A stretch of 64,000 nucleotides of DNA from Octopus vulgaris (GCA_951406725.2 OX597834.1:18848001-18912000); one strand, 5' to 3'; shown: positions 49,872-62,915, counted from the first letter of the stretch. The notes: generated by a model not told the origin, from the letters alone. Numbers and translations are program-made.

Positions 49872-50571
49872 TGTGTACAGTGCTCAGGTGCACTACAACT
49901 CATCTAAAGTGTATATATAATCAGGTGTAGTTTCGGCGGATTTCGGAAAGCATGGGGGCCTATTCACTTCAGTGAGCGCTATCTTCCACCATTTAAATAT
50001 CACTACAATTTTTACTTATCTCTTTTACGTTTGTTTTCCTAAAAAACACTTCTATTTTCCCTTCAAAGATAATTATACAGTATTCATAATGTAATCCTTT
50101 CCTGTTGCAGGCTATAAGGACAGTGATTATAAAATCTTGTGTCATACGTTTAGTACATTATTTGCTATTATTCTTTGCTTATAGTGTTTTAACTTCTGTT
50201 TCTTGTCTTTCACGATTTTTACATAATTCCTTTAGTTCTGGTTTCACCGAATGACATCATTTATTTTAAAACTGGACTTATTCTGTGACGTTTTTAATGC
50301 AAGGGAAGTAACTAGTTTTAAAGCCGTCTAAGGGAAGTAACTATAAGTTAAAGTGTAATTCCACATCGATTCACGTAAAATTCCTACATTAATTTAGATA
50401 AATATATGTAGACAGAAATATTGATGATTAAATCAAAGAAAAGTTTAAAGCTAAACAGTTGTATGTAGAAAATAGATTTGTTAGTCTAAAGCGGTCTTCC
50501 ACAACATTTTTTAAAATGAAGATATAATAAAACAGAAATACATCGAGAAATTGTTCAAAATACTGAATAAT

Positions 50572-50993
50572 TACTCTCTCTTTACTCTTTAATCTTTTAC
50601 TTGTTTCAGTCATTTGACTGCGGCCATGCTGGAACACCGCCTTTAGTCGTACAAATCGACCCCAGGACTTATTCTTTGGAAGCCTAGTACTTATTCTGTC
50701 TCTCTCTCCTGCCGAACCGCTAAGTTACGGGGACGTAAACAGTCCAGCATTAGTTGTCAAGCGATGTTGGTGGTGGTGGTGGTGGGGGGGGGGACAAACA
50801 CAGACACACAAATACACGCAAAAATACATACATATATACGACGGGCTTCTTTCAGTTTCTATCTACCAAATCCACTCACAAGGCTTTGGTCGGCTCGAGA
50901 CTATAGAAGAAGACACTTGTCCAAGGTGCCATGCAGTGGGACCGAACCTGGAACCATGTGGTTGGTAAACAAGCTACTTACCACACAGCCACT
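50572..50993 (-). mobile_element. SINE family B
   Basis: Reverse match. Confidence 0.88.
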
Positions 50994-51085
50994 CGTTAGA
51001 AAATATAGAACTACTGTAATAGTTTTTGTTTAAATATTATTTAAGAAATTAAAAGCAATGAAGACTATTTCTTCCAGAAAATAAC

Positions 51086-51430
51086 TCTTAAAAGAAAGGA
51101 TAGTTGCATTTCCCCTCCAGTTTTCATATTTGGCGTAGTCACATAGATTTAGCTAAAATTATAAATTTTGTAACCTAATTTTTAAAATGCTATCAGGCTT
51201 GTCCTTACATGTTAAAACCCCTACTCATCTAATGTAACTTCAGAAATCTTTACTCAGGTATCCCTCAAAACCTTATATAATTACCTATACAATATACCTA
51301 TATAATTATCTATACAATGAAAACAATGAAATAACTTGCAATTTGAGGAGACTTAACCTTATAATTATTAAAACTGTGGTGGTAATTAAGTGGAGAAAAA
51401 GATGTCCACTAAACAAATATCACATGCACG
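51086..51430. repeat. Left arm of a ~340-bp inverted duplication (partner 58795-59123)
   Basis: Reverse-complement match with scattered substitutions and small indels. Confidence 0.88.
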
Positions 51431-51443
51431 CACACACACACAC

Positions 51444-51497
<54 letters not shown>

Positions 51498-51684
51498 ATA
51501 GATTGTCTTTTAAATGATATCGTAGGTTAGGTGTGAGAGGCTGGATTTTGCCAGTTTTAGTGTAAAATGGCTAGAATATTTGAGTCAGATATGGCCAGTT
51601 TAAATGTTAAAGCATTAAGGCTCTATTTATTAATTATATTAGCAGTAAGTTAATCCTTTCCAATACACACATCACGTTATTTGC

Positions 51685-51774
<90 letters not shown>

Positions 51775-51781
51775 GTGTGTG

Positions 51782-52275
51782 TGGAGGTGCAATGGCCCAG
51801 TAGTTAGGGTAGCAGACTCACAGTCTCAATTCCCAGACTGGGCATTGTGTGTATTTATTGAGCAAAAACACCTAAAAACTCGATGAGGCTCTGGCAGGGG
51901 GTGGTGGCGACCCCTGTTGCATTCTTTTGTCCCAACTTTCTCTCACTCTTTCTTCCTGGTGTCCCAACTTTCTCTCACTCTTTCTTTCTGGTGTCCCAAC
52001 TTTCTCTCACTCTTTCTTTCTGGTGTCCCAACTTTCTCTCACTCTTTCTTTCTGGTGTCCCAACTTTCTCTCACTCTTTCTTCCTGGTGTCCCAACTTTT
52101 TCTCACTCTTTCTTCCTGGTGTCCTAACTCTCTCTCACTCTTTCTTCCTGGTGTCCCAACTCTCTCTCACTCTTTCTTCCTGGTGTCCCGTCCAGCTGGG
52201 GGAACACATACGCCATAGAAACCGGGAAACCAGGCCCATGAGCCTGGCTAGGTTTAAAAAGGGCGCATAAATAAA
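51782..52275 (+). mobile_element. SINE family D with an internal 32-bp minisatellite (51929-52189, 8 copies)
   Basis: Head matches the 17946 copy; unit GTCCCAACTTTCTCTCACTCTTTCTTCCTGGT. Confidence 0.85.
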
Positions 52276-52331
52276 TAATATATATATATATATATGAAAT
52301 TGGGATGACAAAGAGATAATTAATGTTATGA

Positions 52332-52433
52332 ACTTCATTAGCTTACAGTTGTTTCTGCTATAGGATGAAATGCACTCATAGTTGAGTGATTGAGTATCAC
52401 CCTATAGCTTCATCAGAGCTTTTAACATGAAGT
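52332..52433 (-). ncRNA. Putative type I hammerhead ribozyme inside a rod-like element (52293-52458)
   Basis: ACTTCAT..AGCT-CTGATGA-A-GCTATAGGGTGA...TCATCCTATAGC-A-GAA-ACAACTGT-A-AGCT.ATGAAGT. Confidence 0.6.
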
Positions 52434-53494
52434 ATCCATTTGTTATCCCAGTTTCATATTACTGCTCTGTAGTCGACTGATGCTTCACTCTGAAGCATAT
52501 GTACATTGAGTTCTAACACTAGGTTGTTAGTATCACAATGCTCAAGCAGAATATTAAAATATATACACACACATGTACGCTCTGTAATAATCTCAATTCT
52601 CAGGTGCTTGGAATTTTTAGTTATCTTTGATTGCTACCAATTTACTATTTTCCACCCCTGTAAACATGTGCTTTGATATCTATACAAAAGAGAAGGAAAC
52701 AAAGCAAAAAAACAACAAAAACACACACACACACAACAAAAACTGTAGAATCGTTAAATGAAAATTATAGACACGTTATTGTTGTGATTTGAAGTGTAAC
52801 TAATAAGTCAATAGGTTTATGTTATGGAAATTAGTTTCAGACTTGAAGATGTAGGAAAGTTGTTAACTTTCACAAAAACACTTTCACATTATAGTGTGGA
52901 AGGTGTTTATAAGCCACTTAAAAACAAACTAAAACCATTAAAAGCAGCACAGAATTTTGTCAGTGAACAGGTCGTGGTTTCAAAGTGATGAAAATATTTT
53001 GACAAATTAAATTTAAATTTTGAAATGAATCTAAATGAATCTAATAATTTAATAATGATAATAAAGAATATATATATATATATATATATATATAGTAGTT
53101 GTTTTGTTTTCTCTTCTTCCCCATTCTTTCCACTTGGTCAGTCAAGCAGTTTCTCCTACACAAATTTACACATTGGGTGACAGTTCTCCAGAGTTCTTTG
53201 GTTGACCTGTATCTATAGTAGAAGACACTTGCCCAAGGTGCCATGCAGTGGGACTGAACCCAGAACCATGTGGTTGGGAAGCAAGCTTCTCACCACACAG
53301 CCATACCTACTCATATGTCATGATTTTTATATTTTCTTTGTTTTTGATTTTACTGGGAAAGTCTACTTCTGGTGATTTTCAGAATATTCAGGTAGTTTAA
53401 TAGTCACATTTGATTAATTTCACCCATTCTCCTAGTTTCATCTTGTCATTCTCAATAAAAATGAAATATAAATATAAAAATATACACACGAAAT

Positions 53495-53495
53495 A

Positions 53496-53526
<31 letters not shown>

Positions 53527-53678
53527 TGTATATATGCATATATATATATATGTATATATATGCATATATGCTTATATATATATGTATATATATGTATATA
53601 TGCATATATATATATGTATATATATGCATATATATATATATGTATATATATATATACATGTATGTATATATATATATA

Positions 53679-53735
<57 letters not shown>
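53495..53735. repeat. (TA)n/TGCA compound microsatellite
   Basis: Direct inspection. Confidence 0.95.
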
Positions 53736-53737
<2 letters not shown>

Positions 53738-54191
53738 AATGCTTTTGTTTTCCTAAGCACTATTTATTCTAAAACTATTAAATATTTCTGTAGCATCATC
53801 ATCATCATTCAACATCCGCTTTCCATGTTGGCATGGGTTAGACAGTTTGACTGGAGCTGGTAACCCGGAGGGCTGCACCAGGCTCTGATTTGGTATGGCT
53901 TCTATGGCTGGATACTCTCCCTAACGCCAACCACCCCAAGAGTGTAATGGGTACTTTTTCATGTGCCACCCGCATGGGTGCCTTTTACGTGACACTGGCA
54001 ATGGCCACAACTATGATTTACAGGTGCCATTTACATGAACTGGCAACAGTCACACATCTATGGTTTCACTTATGGAACTATATTGTTGACTGTACCTTTG
54101 TTTAACGTTAGTAAAGTGTGATTTAAGGGGGATTTGGTAGCTATTTTAAGCAGGTTGAATATCTTCTTTGAGGCTTTCTCATTGGTTAGAT

Positions 54192-54410
54192 CAGTGGTTT
54201 TCAACCAGGGTTCCGCGGAACCTTAGGGTTCCGCCAGTACAGTGTGGGGGTTCCGCAAGAAGTTACAAAGCTGCTAAAATCGGCGGTAATTTTTAAGTCT
54301 CCTGTGCAGATATGTGTGCATAAGACTATTAAATTATTGCACAGGAGTTCCTCGAGCCAGTGGAATGTTTCATTGGGGTTCCGCTCCAGTAAAAAGTTTG
54401 AAATGCACTG
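54192..54410 (+). mobile_element. hAT/Charlie-type MITE
   Basis: CAGTGGTTTTCAA / TTGAAATGCACTG termini; TSD GGTTAGAT / GGTTAGAG. Confidence 0.88.
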
Positions 54411-55034
54411 GGTTAGAGACATTGGAGACTTTTTTTATGTTATAAAATTGTGACAGTCTATAAGTTTATTTGATGTTTTGCTTTAAATTTATCTAATGAA
54501 ATGGGAATATTTGCTAAGCAAGTGATTCTGGGTTTCAGTTTGTTGTGCATCCCTTTGGGCTACTGTGACAGTTTCTGGAAACTGTATGGAAGCTTTAGTG
54601 TGACTGTGTGTGTGTGTGCAAATCTCAGAAAAATGTGATGTCTCCAATGGCAAAAGTATAATGTTCGTTTTCCATGCTGGCATGGGTTGGATGGTTTAAC
54701 AGGAGCTGGCCAGTTTAAGAGCTGCCCAGGTTCCATGTCTGTTTCGGCATGGTTTCTATGGCTGGATTCCCTTCCTAATGCCAACCACTTTACAGAGTGT
54801 ACTGGGTGCTCTCGTGCAGCATTGGCATGGGTGCATTTATGTGGCCCTGAAATGGCTGCTTCTCACAACTAAAACTAAACCCAAAACACTTTGTACAAAC
54901 CTTTTTCATCAGAACTGTAACTCTCTCAGATGTCTTTCTGTTCACATTTTTACTTTACATCATCTTGCAATCACATCAACTCCTGTTTGGTTTTAGGAAT
55001 GATGGTGAGGAGGAGAAACTAAAAAGATATTGTT

Positions 55035-55310
55035 ACCTCCTCCTCCTCCCCTTCCTCCTCCTCCTCCCCCCCTCCTCCTCCTCCTCCTTCTCCTCCTTCT
55101 CCCCTTCTTCTTCTTCTTCCTCCTCCTCCTCTTCTTCTTCTTCTTCCTCCTCCTCCCTTCTTCTTCTTCTTCCTCCTCCTCCCCTTCTTCTTCCTCCTCC
55201 TCCCCTTCTTCTTCCTCCTCCTCCCCTTCTTCTTCTTCTTCGTCACCCTCCTCCCCTCTTCACCCCCTCTTCTTCTCCCCCTCCTCTTCTTCTCCCCCCT
55301 CCCCTTCCTC
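55035..55310. repeat. (CCT/CTT)n polypyrimidine microsatellite
   Basis: Direct inspection. Confidence 0.95.
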
Positions 55311-55789
55311 AAACTAAGAAATTAAAGAAAATATATTAAGAAGTTTATGAAAAAGTGGAATATACTGTGAATGGGTAAATTACTTCCAATATGGAAAAAA
55401 AAAAGAAGCCAAATTGTTATTTCTTGATTTGCGCAAGTGTGTCATACATACTCTGATCAATACAAGCATACATCCATGATATATATATATTCCTAGTACA
55501 AAGCAACAAGGTATGTAATCCATATTACTTGTTTTCTTTGAAAATAAGGATGAGAATAAAAGTACCTGTTACATGGGAATGTTGCCATTACACTCCTTAC
55601 CACCATCACGGTTCTTGTACTCTGTGAGATTAATTTACAATATTGCATCATTTCCTGGTGACTTCAATCAGTTAGGTTTCTCTCAGTAGAAGCTAGATTG
55701 CATTGAAGCATACATAAGAGGTGTGAGGCTGAATATTGCGAATAACAAATATTGAATATCGAACATGTGAAAGCAGGGAGCAGGAAAAT

Positions 55790-56070
55790 AAAACCGAGCA
55801 CTTGGATGTGTAATTTAAAAATTTGCTGGAAATCAGAGTGTGTGAGTGAGCTGTGTGAAAGGAGTTTGGGCATTGAAGACATCAGGCTATGTGTGAAAGG
55901 AATGCGATGGTACGAGATTGGTTACATAATGTGAATGGACATTTATCTGCAAGGTGAAAATTGGTGTCAGCTGCAAGCAGAAGATACCTGTTACAGAGCA
56001 AAACCGAAAAAGACTCTAAGAAGCAATACAATATGCCCTGGATAGAATTTGGTATAAGACAGCGAATAGT
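55790..56070 (+). mobile_element. Heavily decayed RTE LINE 3' end
   Basis: WMCNL..VSELCE..LGIEDIR..MRWY..M*MD..EDTCYRAKPKKT resembles the RTE pattern RWMC..RLRWYGHV.RM..GRPRKTW. Confidence 0.6.
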
Positions 56071-56481
56071 GAACATTTTATTCTTTCTTTCCATTATGAA
56101 ATACCATTAACCAATTTAAAATTTTTTATAGTATACTTTGTCCCATTAAAAAGAATAAAAAATTGCATTATTTATTTTATTTTTTTTCCCCATTATTTTT
56201 CCCTTTGTAACTGTCAAAACAGATTCTTTTATATCATTTCAATCTAGCTCTTTAAGTAGAGAACTTGTAGTCATTTTAGCACTGACTGGATGGAATGTCT
56301 CGCAGTGCTTATTGTGATTCTCTTCGTTCTAAGTTCAAATCTAACGGAGGTCAGTTTTGCCTATCATCATTTTGGTGGGGGTCAATAAAAACTAAGAACC
56401 AGTCCAAAGCAGTGGATTGACAGACTTCTTTGAGAATCAGACAGGATGTGGTGCAGCATCAGTGCAGCATCTGTTCCAGCT

Positions 56482-56874
56482 CTCTCTTTTACTCTTTTAC
56501 TTGTTTCAGTCATTTGACTGCGGCCATGCTGGAGCACCGCCTTTAATCGAGCAACTCGACTCCGGGACTTATTCTTTGTAAGCCCAGTACTTATTCTATC
56601 GGTCTCTTTTGCCGAACCGCTAAGTGACGGGGACATAAACACACCAGCATCGGTTGTCAAGCAATGCTAGGGGGACAAACACAGACACACAAACATACAC
56701 GCACATACATATATATACATATATATACGAAGGGCTTCTTTCAGTTTCCGTTTACCAAATCCACTCACAAGGCTTTGGTCGATCCGAGGCTATAGTAGAA
56801 GACACTTGCCCAAGGTGCCACGCAGTGGGACTGAACCCGGAACCATGTGGTTGGTAAACAAGCTACTTACCACA
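56482..56874 (-). mobile_element. SINE family B
   Basis: Reverse match. Confidence 0.88.
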
Positions 56875-57555
56875 CGTGCATTCTGAATTGAAAACACTAC
56901 TTGTCACCAGCACTGGATTAAGCAAAATAAGCACTACTTATGACATCAAGTGAAGGGGGTACCATAGAAATGGTAAATGGTCTACGGCACAAAATAAATC
57001 ATGTTAAATCTAATAAAGTGGATATTTACAAAAATAAACATTATTTTCCATCTTACTGTTAGTTTTGTTCCATTTTGAAAAATAAAAGTTGCATTTTATG
57101 GTTCATTACTATTTATGGCTTAGTGGTTAGAGTGTCAAGCTCACAGTCATGAGGTAGTGAGTTCCATTCCCAGATTATGCTGTGTGTTGTGTTCTTGAGC
57201 AAGGATCTCTACTTTCACGTTGCTCCAGTTCACTCGGCTGTAGAAATGAGTTGTGAAAATTCATTGGTGCCAAGCTATATCAGCCATTGCTTTTCCCTTG
57301 GATAACATCAGTGGTATGGAGAGAGGAGACTGGTATGCATGGGCAACTGCTGGTCTCCCACAAACTAACTTGCCCGGACTTGTGCCTCAGAGGGTAACTT
57401 TCCAGGTGCAATCCCATGGTCATTCATGACCAAAAGGGGTCTTTACCTTATTTTGAATTAAATATATATGGGGGCACCAAAATAGTTTAAGCGCTTAGGG
57501 CCTCTATGCATCTTAACCCAGCCCTGCCAGTGACAAAAATAACAGTGACACTTCT

Positions 57556-57783
57556 TTAACCCTTTAGTGTTTAAACTGGCCATATCAGGCCAAAATTGTC
57601 TTCCTTTTTTATTCTCAAACCAGCCAGCTCTGACCTCTCACACCTACCCTACAAAGTCATTCTAAAAATAAGCAGGGATATCATCAATATCCCAGAGTTA
57701 CAAGATGCTGTACAATTAATTTAAAATAATGTAATTAAACAAGCTTTATATTTGACAGAGTAATCTGAATGCTAAAGGGTTAA
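57556..57783. mobile_element. piggyBac-type MITE (family 1)
   Basis: TTAACCCTTTAG ... CTAAAGGGTTAA. Confidence 0.85.
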
Positions 57784-58012
57784 GAGTTGTGATTAACGGA
57801 TTATATCAGCAACTTGTAAAACTAATAGAAATACAATTTCCTTGGTTTCATCAGAAGTTTGACTGCCACCATATTATCAGTTCTTCATAAATTTCTCTAA
57901 TAGCAATAATCAATACACTGGTAAGAGTACAAATGGTATATTTAAGTCAGTAAAAGTTTCTGGTCCCTGTTCATAGTATCACATAACCATTTGATCAATA
58001 TTGCATATCTTA

Positions 58013-58052
<40 letters not shown>

Positions 58053-58794
58053 GCAACAATAAAAAAAATCATGCTGTGAAGTTTAATAAGTCATGTGGGA
58101 TTGATTAGCCTTTTGGCAACTCTGTAAAAGGAAGATTAATGATGTATTTAATCTTGAGAAAGCAAAGTTTTGCTTTACAACTAAGTTAAAGAAGAACAAA
58201 TCTCTCACATCAAGACTAACTTTTTCATATTTATATGAAAAAAAAAAGAAAAAAAGTGAGCCAAGGGAAGGAATTCAATCGGATCAATGCCATGAATGTA
58301 AATAATTCAGATAGATGCTGATGGTTTTGAATGACATTTGCAGGAATTACTCAACAAACTGAAATTTGCTTTCTGCTTGGAGAAAGAAAAGAAAAACCTA
58401 GCAGCAATTTTTGGTGACCAACAAACAAATTGGGAGATAATAATTACAAGAAATCACAAGTTAATTTCACTGAAAATTATAAATTTTCATGCTTAGAGAG
58501 AGGCATGGCTGCATGGTAAGATGTTTACTTCCCAATCACATGATTCCATGTTCAATCCCACTGCATCACACCTTGGGCAAGTGTCTTCTGCTACAGCTTC
58601 AGGCTGATCAAAAGCCTTGAGTAGATTTTGTTGATGGAAACTGAAAGAAGCCCACTGTGTGTGTGTGTGTGGCATATTAGGTGAGTGTCTTCTACAAAAG
58701 CTCTGAACCTTCCAAAAGCTTGTGAATAGATTTGATAGATTTGTGTGTGGGTGTGCATGCGTGTCCATGTGCGTGTGTGTGTGTGTGTGTGCGC

Positions 58795-59123
58795 ACGTGC
58801 GTGTGATATTTATTTAGTGGACATCTTTTTCTCCACTTAATTACCACCACAGTTTTAATAATTATAAGGTTAAGTCTCCTCAAATAGTAAGTTATTTCAT
58901 TGTATTCATTGTATAGGTAATCATATAGCATATAAGGTCTTGAGGGATGCCTTAGTAATGATTTCTGAAGTTACAATTAGATGAGTAGGGGTTTTAACAT
59001 GTAAGGACAAGCCTGATATCATTTTAAAAATTAGGTTACAAAATTTATAATTTTAGCTAAATCTATGTGACCATGCCAAACATGAAAGTTGGAGGGGAAA
59101 TGCAAATATCTTTTCTTTTAAGA
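58795..59123. repeat. Right arm of the inverted duplication (partner 51086-51430)
   Basis: Reverse-complement match. Confidence 0.88.
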
Positions 59124-59373
59124 ACCCTGTTGTGTGTGTGTGCACGTGCATGTGCATGCATGTCTGTGTGTGCGTGTGCACATATATATGGGTATATGTG
59201 TGTTGTGTTGTGTTGGTGTGTTCTCTTGTCTTAACATGATCTAATGGTTGTAAATGAACGTCGCTCACACAAACAGCATTGTTCAGTTTCTAGTTTTCCC
59301 TGAAAAACATGTCTGGCAATGAGGAAGAACCAAATATATTAAACAACTCAAAAATGCTTAATTTATCCTTCAG

Positions 59374-59449
59374 GTTCTTGTTAACCCCTTTCTTTACCAC
59401 ATTTCTGTTGCATCCTGCCTTTGTTTCAAGTAATTTTGAAAATAACGAG
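59374..59449 (+). CDS. Candidate exon (FLLTPFFTTFLLHPAFVSSNFENNE)
   Basis: tttatccttcag acceptor and GAG|gtattt donor; no recognised homology. Confidence 0.2.
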
Positions 59450-59529
59450 GTATTTAGTAAAATAATTGTCTTATTAACATTGATGCTTGAAACATAAATT
59501 ACCATGAAATTTTGATCTTCTATCTAAAC

Positions 59530-59748
59530 CAGTGCTTTTCAAACTTTTTGCTGGAGTGGAACCCCAAGGAAACATTCCACTGGCTCTGGGAACCCCTGTG
59601 CAATAATTTAATAGCCTTATGCACACATATCTGCACAGGAAAATTAAAAATTACTGCCGATTTTAGCAGTTTTGTAACTTCTTGCGGAACCCCTGGACTG
59701 TACTGGCGGAACCCTAAGGTTCCACAGAACCCTGGTTGAAAACCACTG
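59530..59748 (-). mobile_element. hAT/Charlie-type MITE, same family as 54192-54410 in inverted orientation
   Basis: Perfect 8-bp TSD ATCTAAAC; followed by a family 1 piggyBac-type MITE (about 59757-59976). Confidence 0.9.
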
Positions 59749-60024
59749 ATCTAAACGCTAGCATTTAAAATGGCCATATCCAGCTCAAGTATTCTACCTG
59801 TTTTATGTTCAAACCATCCAGATCCAGCCTCTCACACCTAACCTACAATTTTATTCTAAAAATAATAAGTCACATCATTGAAATCTCAAAGCTACAAGAT
59901 AATATTGGGTTAACACAAAACAACGTGAATAACTATGCATTACATTTGACTGGAAAATCTGAATACTGAAGGGTTGAAACATGAAGTCTGTATAATCAAA
60001 AGGGTTAATATTGATTTTTAATAC

Positions 60025-60254
60025 GCCGGTGGCATGTTAAAAGCACCATCCAATCGTGGCCGCTGCCAGACTCCCCTGGCACCTGTGCTGGTAGCACGTA
60101 AAAAGCACCCACGGAGTGGTTGGTGTAGAAACACTGCCAGATCAGACTGGAGCCTGGTGCAGCCTCCAAGCTTCCCAGACCCCGGTTGAACCGTCCAACC
60201 CGTGCTAGCACGGAAAACGGACGTTAAACGATGCTGCTGCTGATGATGATGATG
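60025..60254 (+). mobile_element. SINE family C
   Basis: GAT tail and family blocks. Confidence 0.8.
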
Positions 60255-60827
60255 TACAGGGCTACAAATTTGAGACAAGCAATAGTTAATTAAGCTGATA
60301 TCAATACTTAACTGGTACATCATGTTATTGGCACTGGAAGGATGATAGTCAGGCTTAACCTGAATGAAATTTGAATACAGAATATAAACAGTCATAACTA
60401 AATACCATCTGACATTTTGTCTGATGCTCTAATAATTCTGTCTTTCAATTAATATTGAGAATGGACCATTTTCAAAATTTCCTTCAGGTACCTGACAAGA
60501 TTTTAAGGTTAAAAGTACTGTTGCTTCATAGAAACCGTAATGGTAAAAGGAATAATGTTGGTGGGGGACAATGGTGAAAGCATTGCCGGTTGTTGTGGCT
60601 GTGGTTTGATGAGTTGTCTGGGCAGAAATTTGGCAGCTTTATATTAGCATTGGCATTTTGTGATACTGTGAAACCAAATAGCATAGACATAAATAGTACC
60701 TCCCCCCCCACCACCACCACATATACGTCACACAGTTATTTTAGTTGCAGTTGAAATCAGGATAGTCAGTTGGCTGGTGACTGGAGTTAGAGAAAATCCA
60801 TGATGTAAACAAATTACATACACACAC

Positions 60828-60829
<2 letters not shown>

Positions 60830-60866
<37 letters not shown>

Positions 60867-60969
60867 TATACAGACATACAAGCAAATGCACACACACATA
60901 TATAAATACGTATACATACAAGCACACACACATATACATAAACATAAATACACATATACTTACATGCAC

Positions 60970-61006
<37 letters not shown>

Positions 61007-61220
61007 CATACAGACAGACATACAAGCAAATGCACACACATATACACACATACACACATATATAAATACATATACATACAAGCACACACACATATACACA
61101 TATACATACAAGCACACACACATACACACACATACATAATTACATATACATACAAGCACACACACACATATACATAAACATAAACAGACGTATACTTACA
61201 TGCACACACACAGACACACA
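60830..61220. repeat. (TA)n/(CA)n compound microsatellite with duplicated blocks
   Basis: Direct inspection. Confidence 0.92.
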
Positions 61221-62409
61221 AGCATGAATATATTTATGTGGTTGGTGTTGGTTTGAAGTCTGGTGGTTATAAATGGTGGCAATGTTACAAATCTATTTGC
61301 TTTATTTATCTGCTGAGTTGCATTTGGCCAACATATATGCTGGTGTTGATATTTTCCAAATAGTCTAAGTTTGGCTACAAGGTCACAATTATTAACTTGA
61401 TGGTTTTTTTCCCCCCCTTTTTGTTTTATCAGTCTGAGATGCTTTAAGGGTAGGGGAAAAAACAAAAAACAAAACAACAACCAGTATTTGTTTAACAATG
61501 TTTGCTTGTGACCTGGTTCAGTGGCCAAAATAAGTCGAATTTCAGAGCTGTTTCAGGAGCACTTTCACAAAGTTTTGACTACGAAGAAAGCATGCAAATG
61601 TATTCATAAACAGCTCATGCAATTAATGTGCAAGTGGCTGAGTACTCCACAGACAAACATACCCTTAATGTAGTTCCCAGCAATGTTGAGCATGACACAG
61701 AATGTGACAAGGCTGAGTCCATTGAATTAGGATTGCACTACATTTTTGCCAGTTGAGTGGACTGCAGAAATGTGAAATAACGTGTCTTGCTTAAGGTCAT
61801 AGCAATTTCTGTACTTGATGCTTTGGGAACCAGACAAAAATTCTTAATGGTACCTACTCTGCAGCTTGCAATGATTTCCAAGGTTGAGCATGACACAGAT
61901 TGTGACAAGCTGGTCCTTTGAATTACAAGTGCAACACATTTTTCCCAGTTGAGTGGACTGCAGAAATGTGAAATAAAGTGTCTTGCTTAAGGTCATAACA
62001 CACTGCTGCCAGCAGTCGAACTCAGAAACTTATGACCATGAGCCAAATGCCCAAATCACTAAGTCACGTGCCTCCATAAATGTATGAATAAAGTGTTTAT
62101 TGCAATATACAAGCTAAAGAAATTTGTTTAAACATAGCATTAAAGGTTGAAACGACTTCATTAACAATACTGGGAGAGTATTTTCTATGGAAAATTTGCC
62201 AAAGAATTTAATCTGTCTCATGTCAGGGACAGCCATTGCAATGATTTCTACACATTATGTTTTGCTATAAAAACAGACACTGAACAGGGAATGGATGGGT
62301 GAGAGAAAGTCAGAATGGAGCCATTGATCTCCTGTAAATGTAACAAATTTTCTCCTAATAAATTATAGAATACGAGCAAAAGAACAGATGTTGGAAACAT
62401 AATTATTTT

Positions 62410-62915
62410 AACTAAAACAATTTTTCACGTCTTTAGACTTGCAAATGTTTCCATAACACTTTCTATATATATCCTTTTTTAACAAAATCATTTTCTATGG
62501 AAAATTTGCCAAAGAATTTAATCTGTCTCATGTCAGGGACAGCCATTGATATATCTTCCTAAGCTTTAGTTTACTAAAGCTTCTCTTTCCCATGCCTACG
62601 TTTATAGGTATCATCAACATTATTCTTAATGCAGCTCACATATTTAGCATGACATCCTGTGACTTATTACTATTGATGAATCTAATGGCTTTTATCGGAA
62701 GCTTTATATCTCCAGGAAATAATTCTCCTGCAATATTGAGTTCAGTCATGATACAGCATCCATTAATATCACCAGCACAACATTTTTTTATGGCTCAAAA
62801 TATATGCAGTTCTGTTCCTATATGTAAAATCCTATCCACTGGTGTGCAGGCTTGAGTAGATGATACCATACTGAGGAGGTCAAACAGACTGAAACATGTC
62901 CTTATTTAGCCCTTG
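62410..62915 (-). mobile_element. hAT transposase C-terminal dimerisation-domain relic (ZMYM1/TIP100-like)
   Basis: NM*AALRIMLMIPINVGMGKRSFSKLKLRK..LT*DRLNSLA...ETFASLK matches the hATC pattern (LRILLTIPVT.AS.ERSFSKLKLIK..RLNSLA). Confidence 0.85.

Noticed and set aside
54965-55339. Proline/serine-rich or Arg/Lys-rich ORFs; also the poly-Ile ORF at 41689-41970
   Set aside because: Trinucleotide microsatellites.
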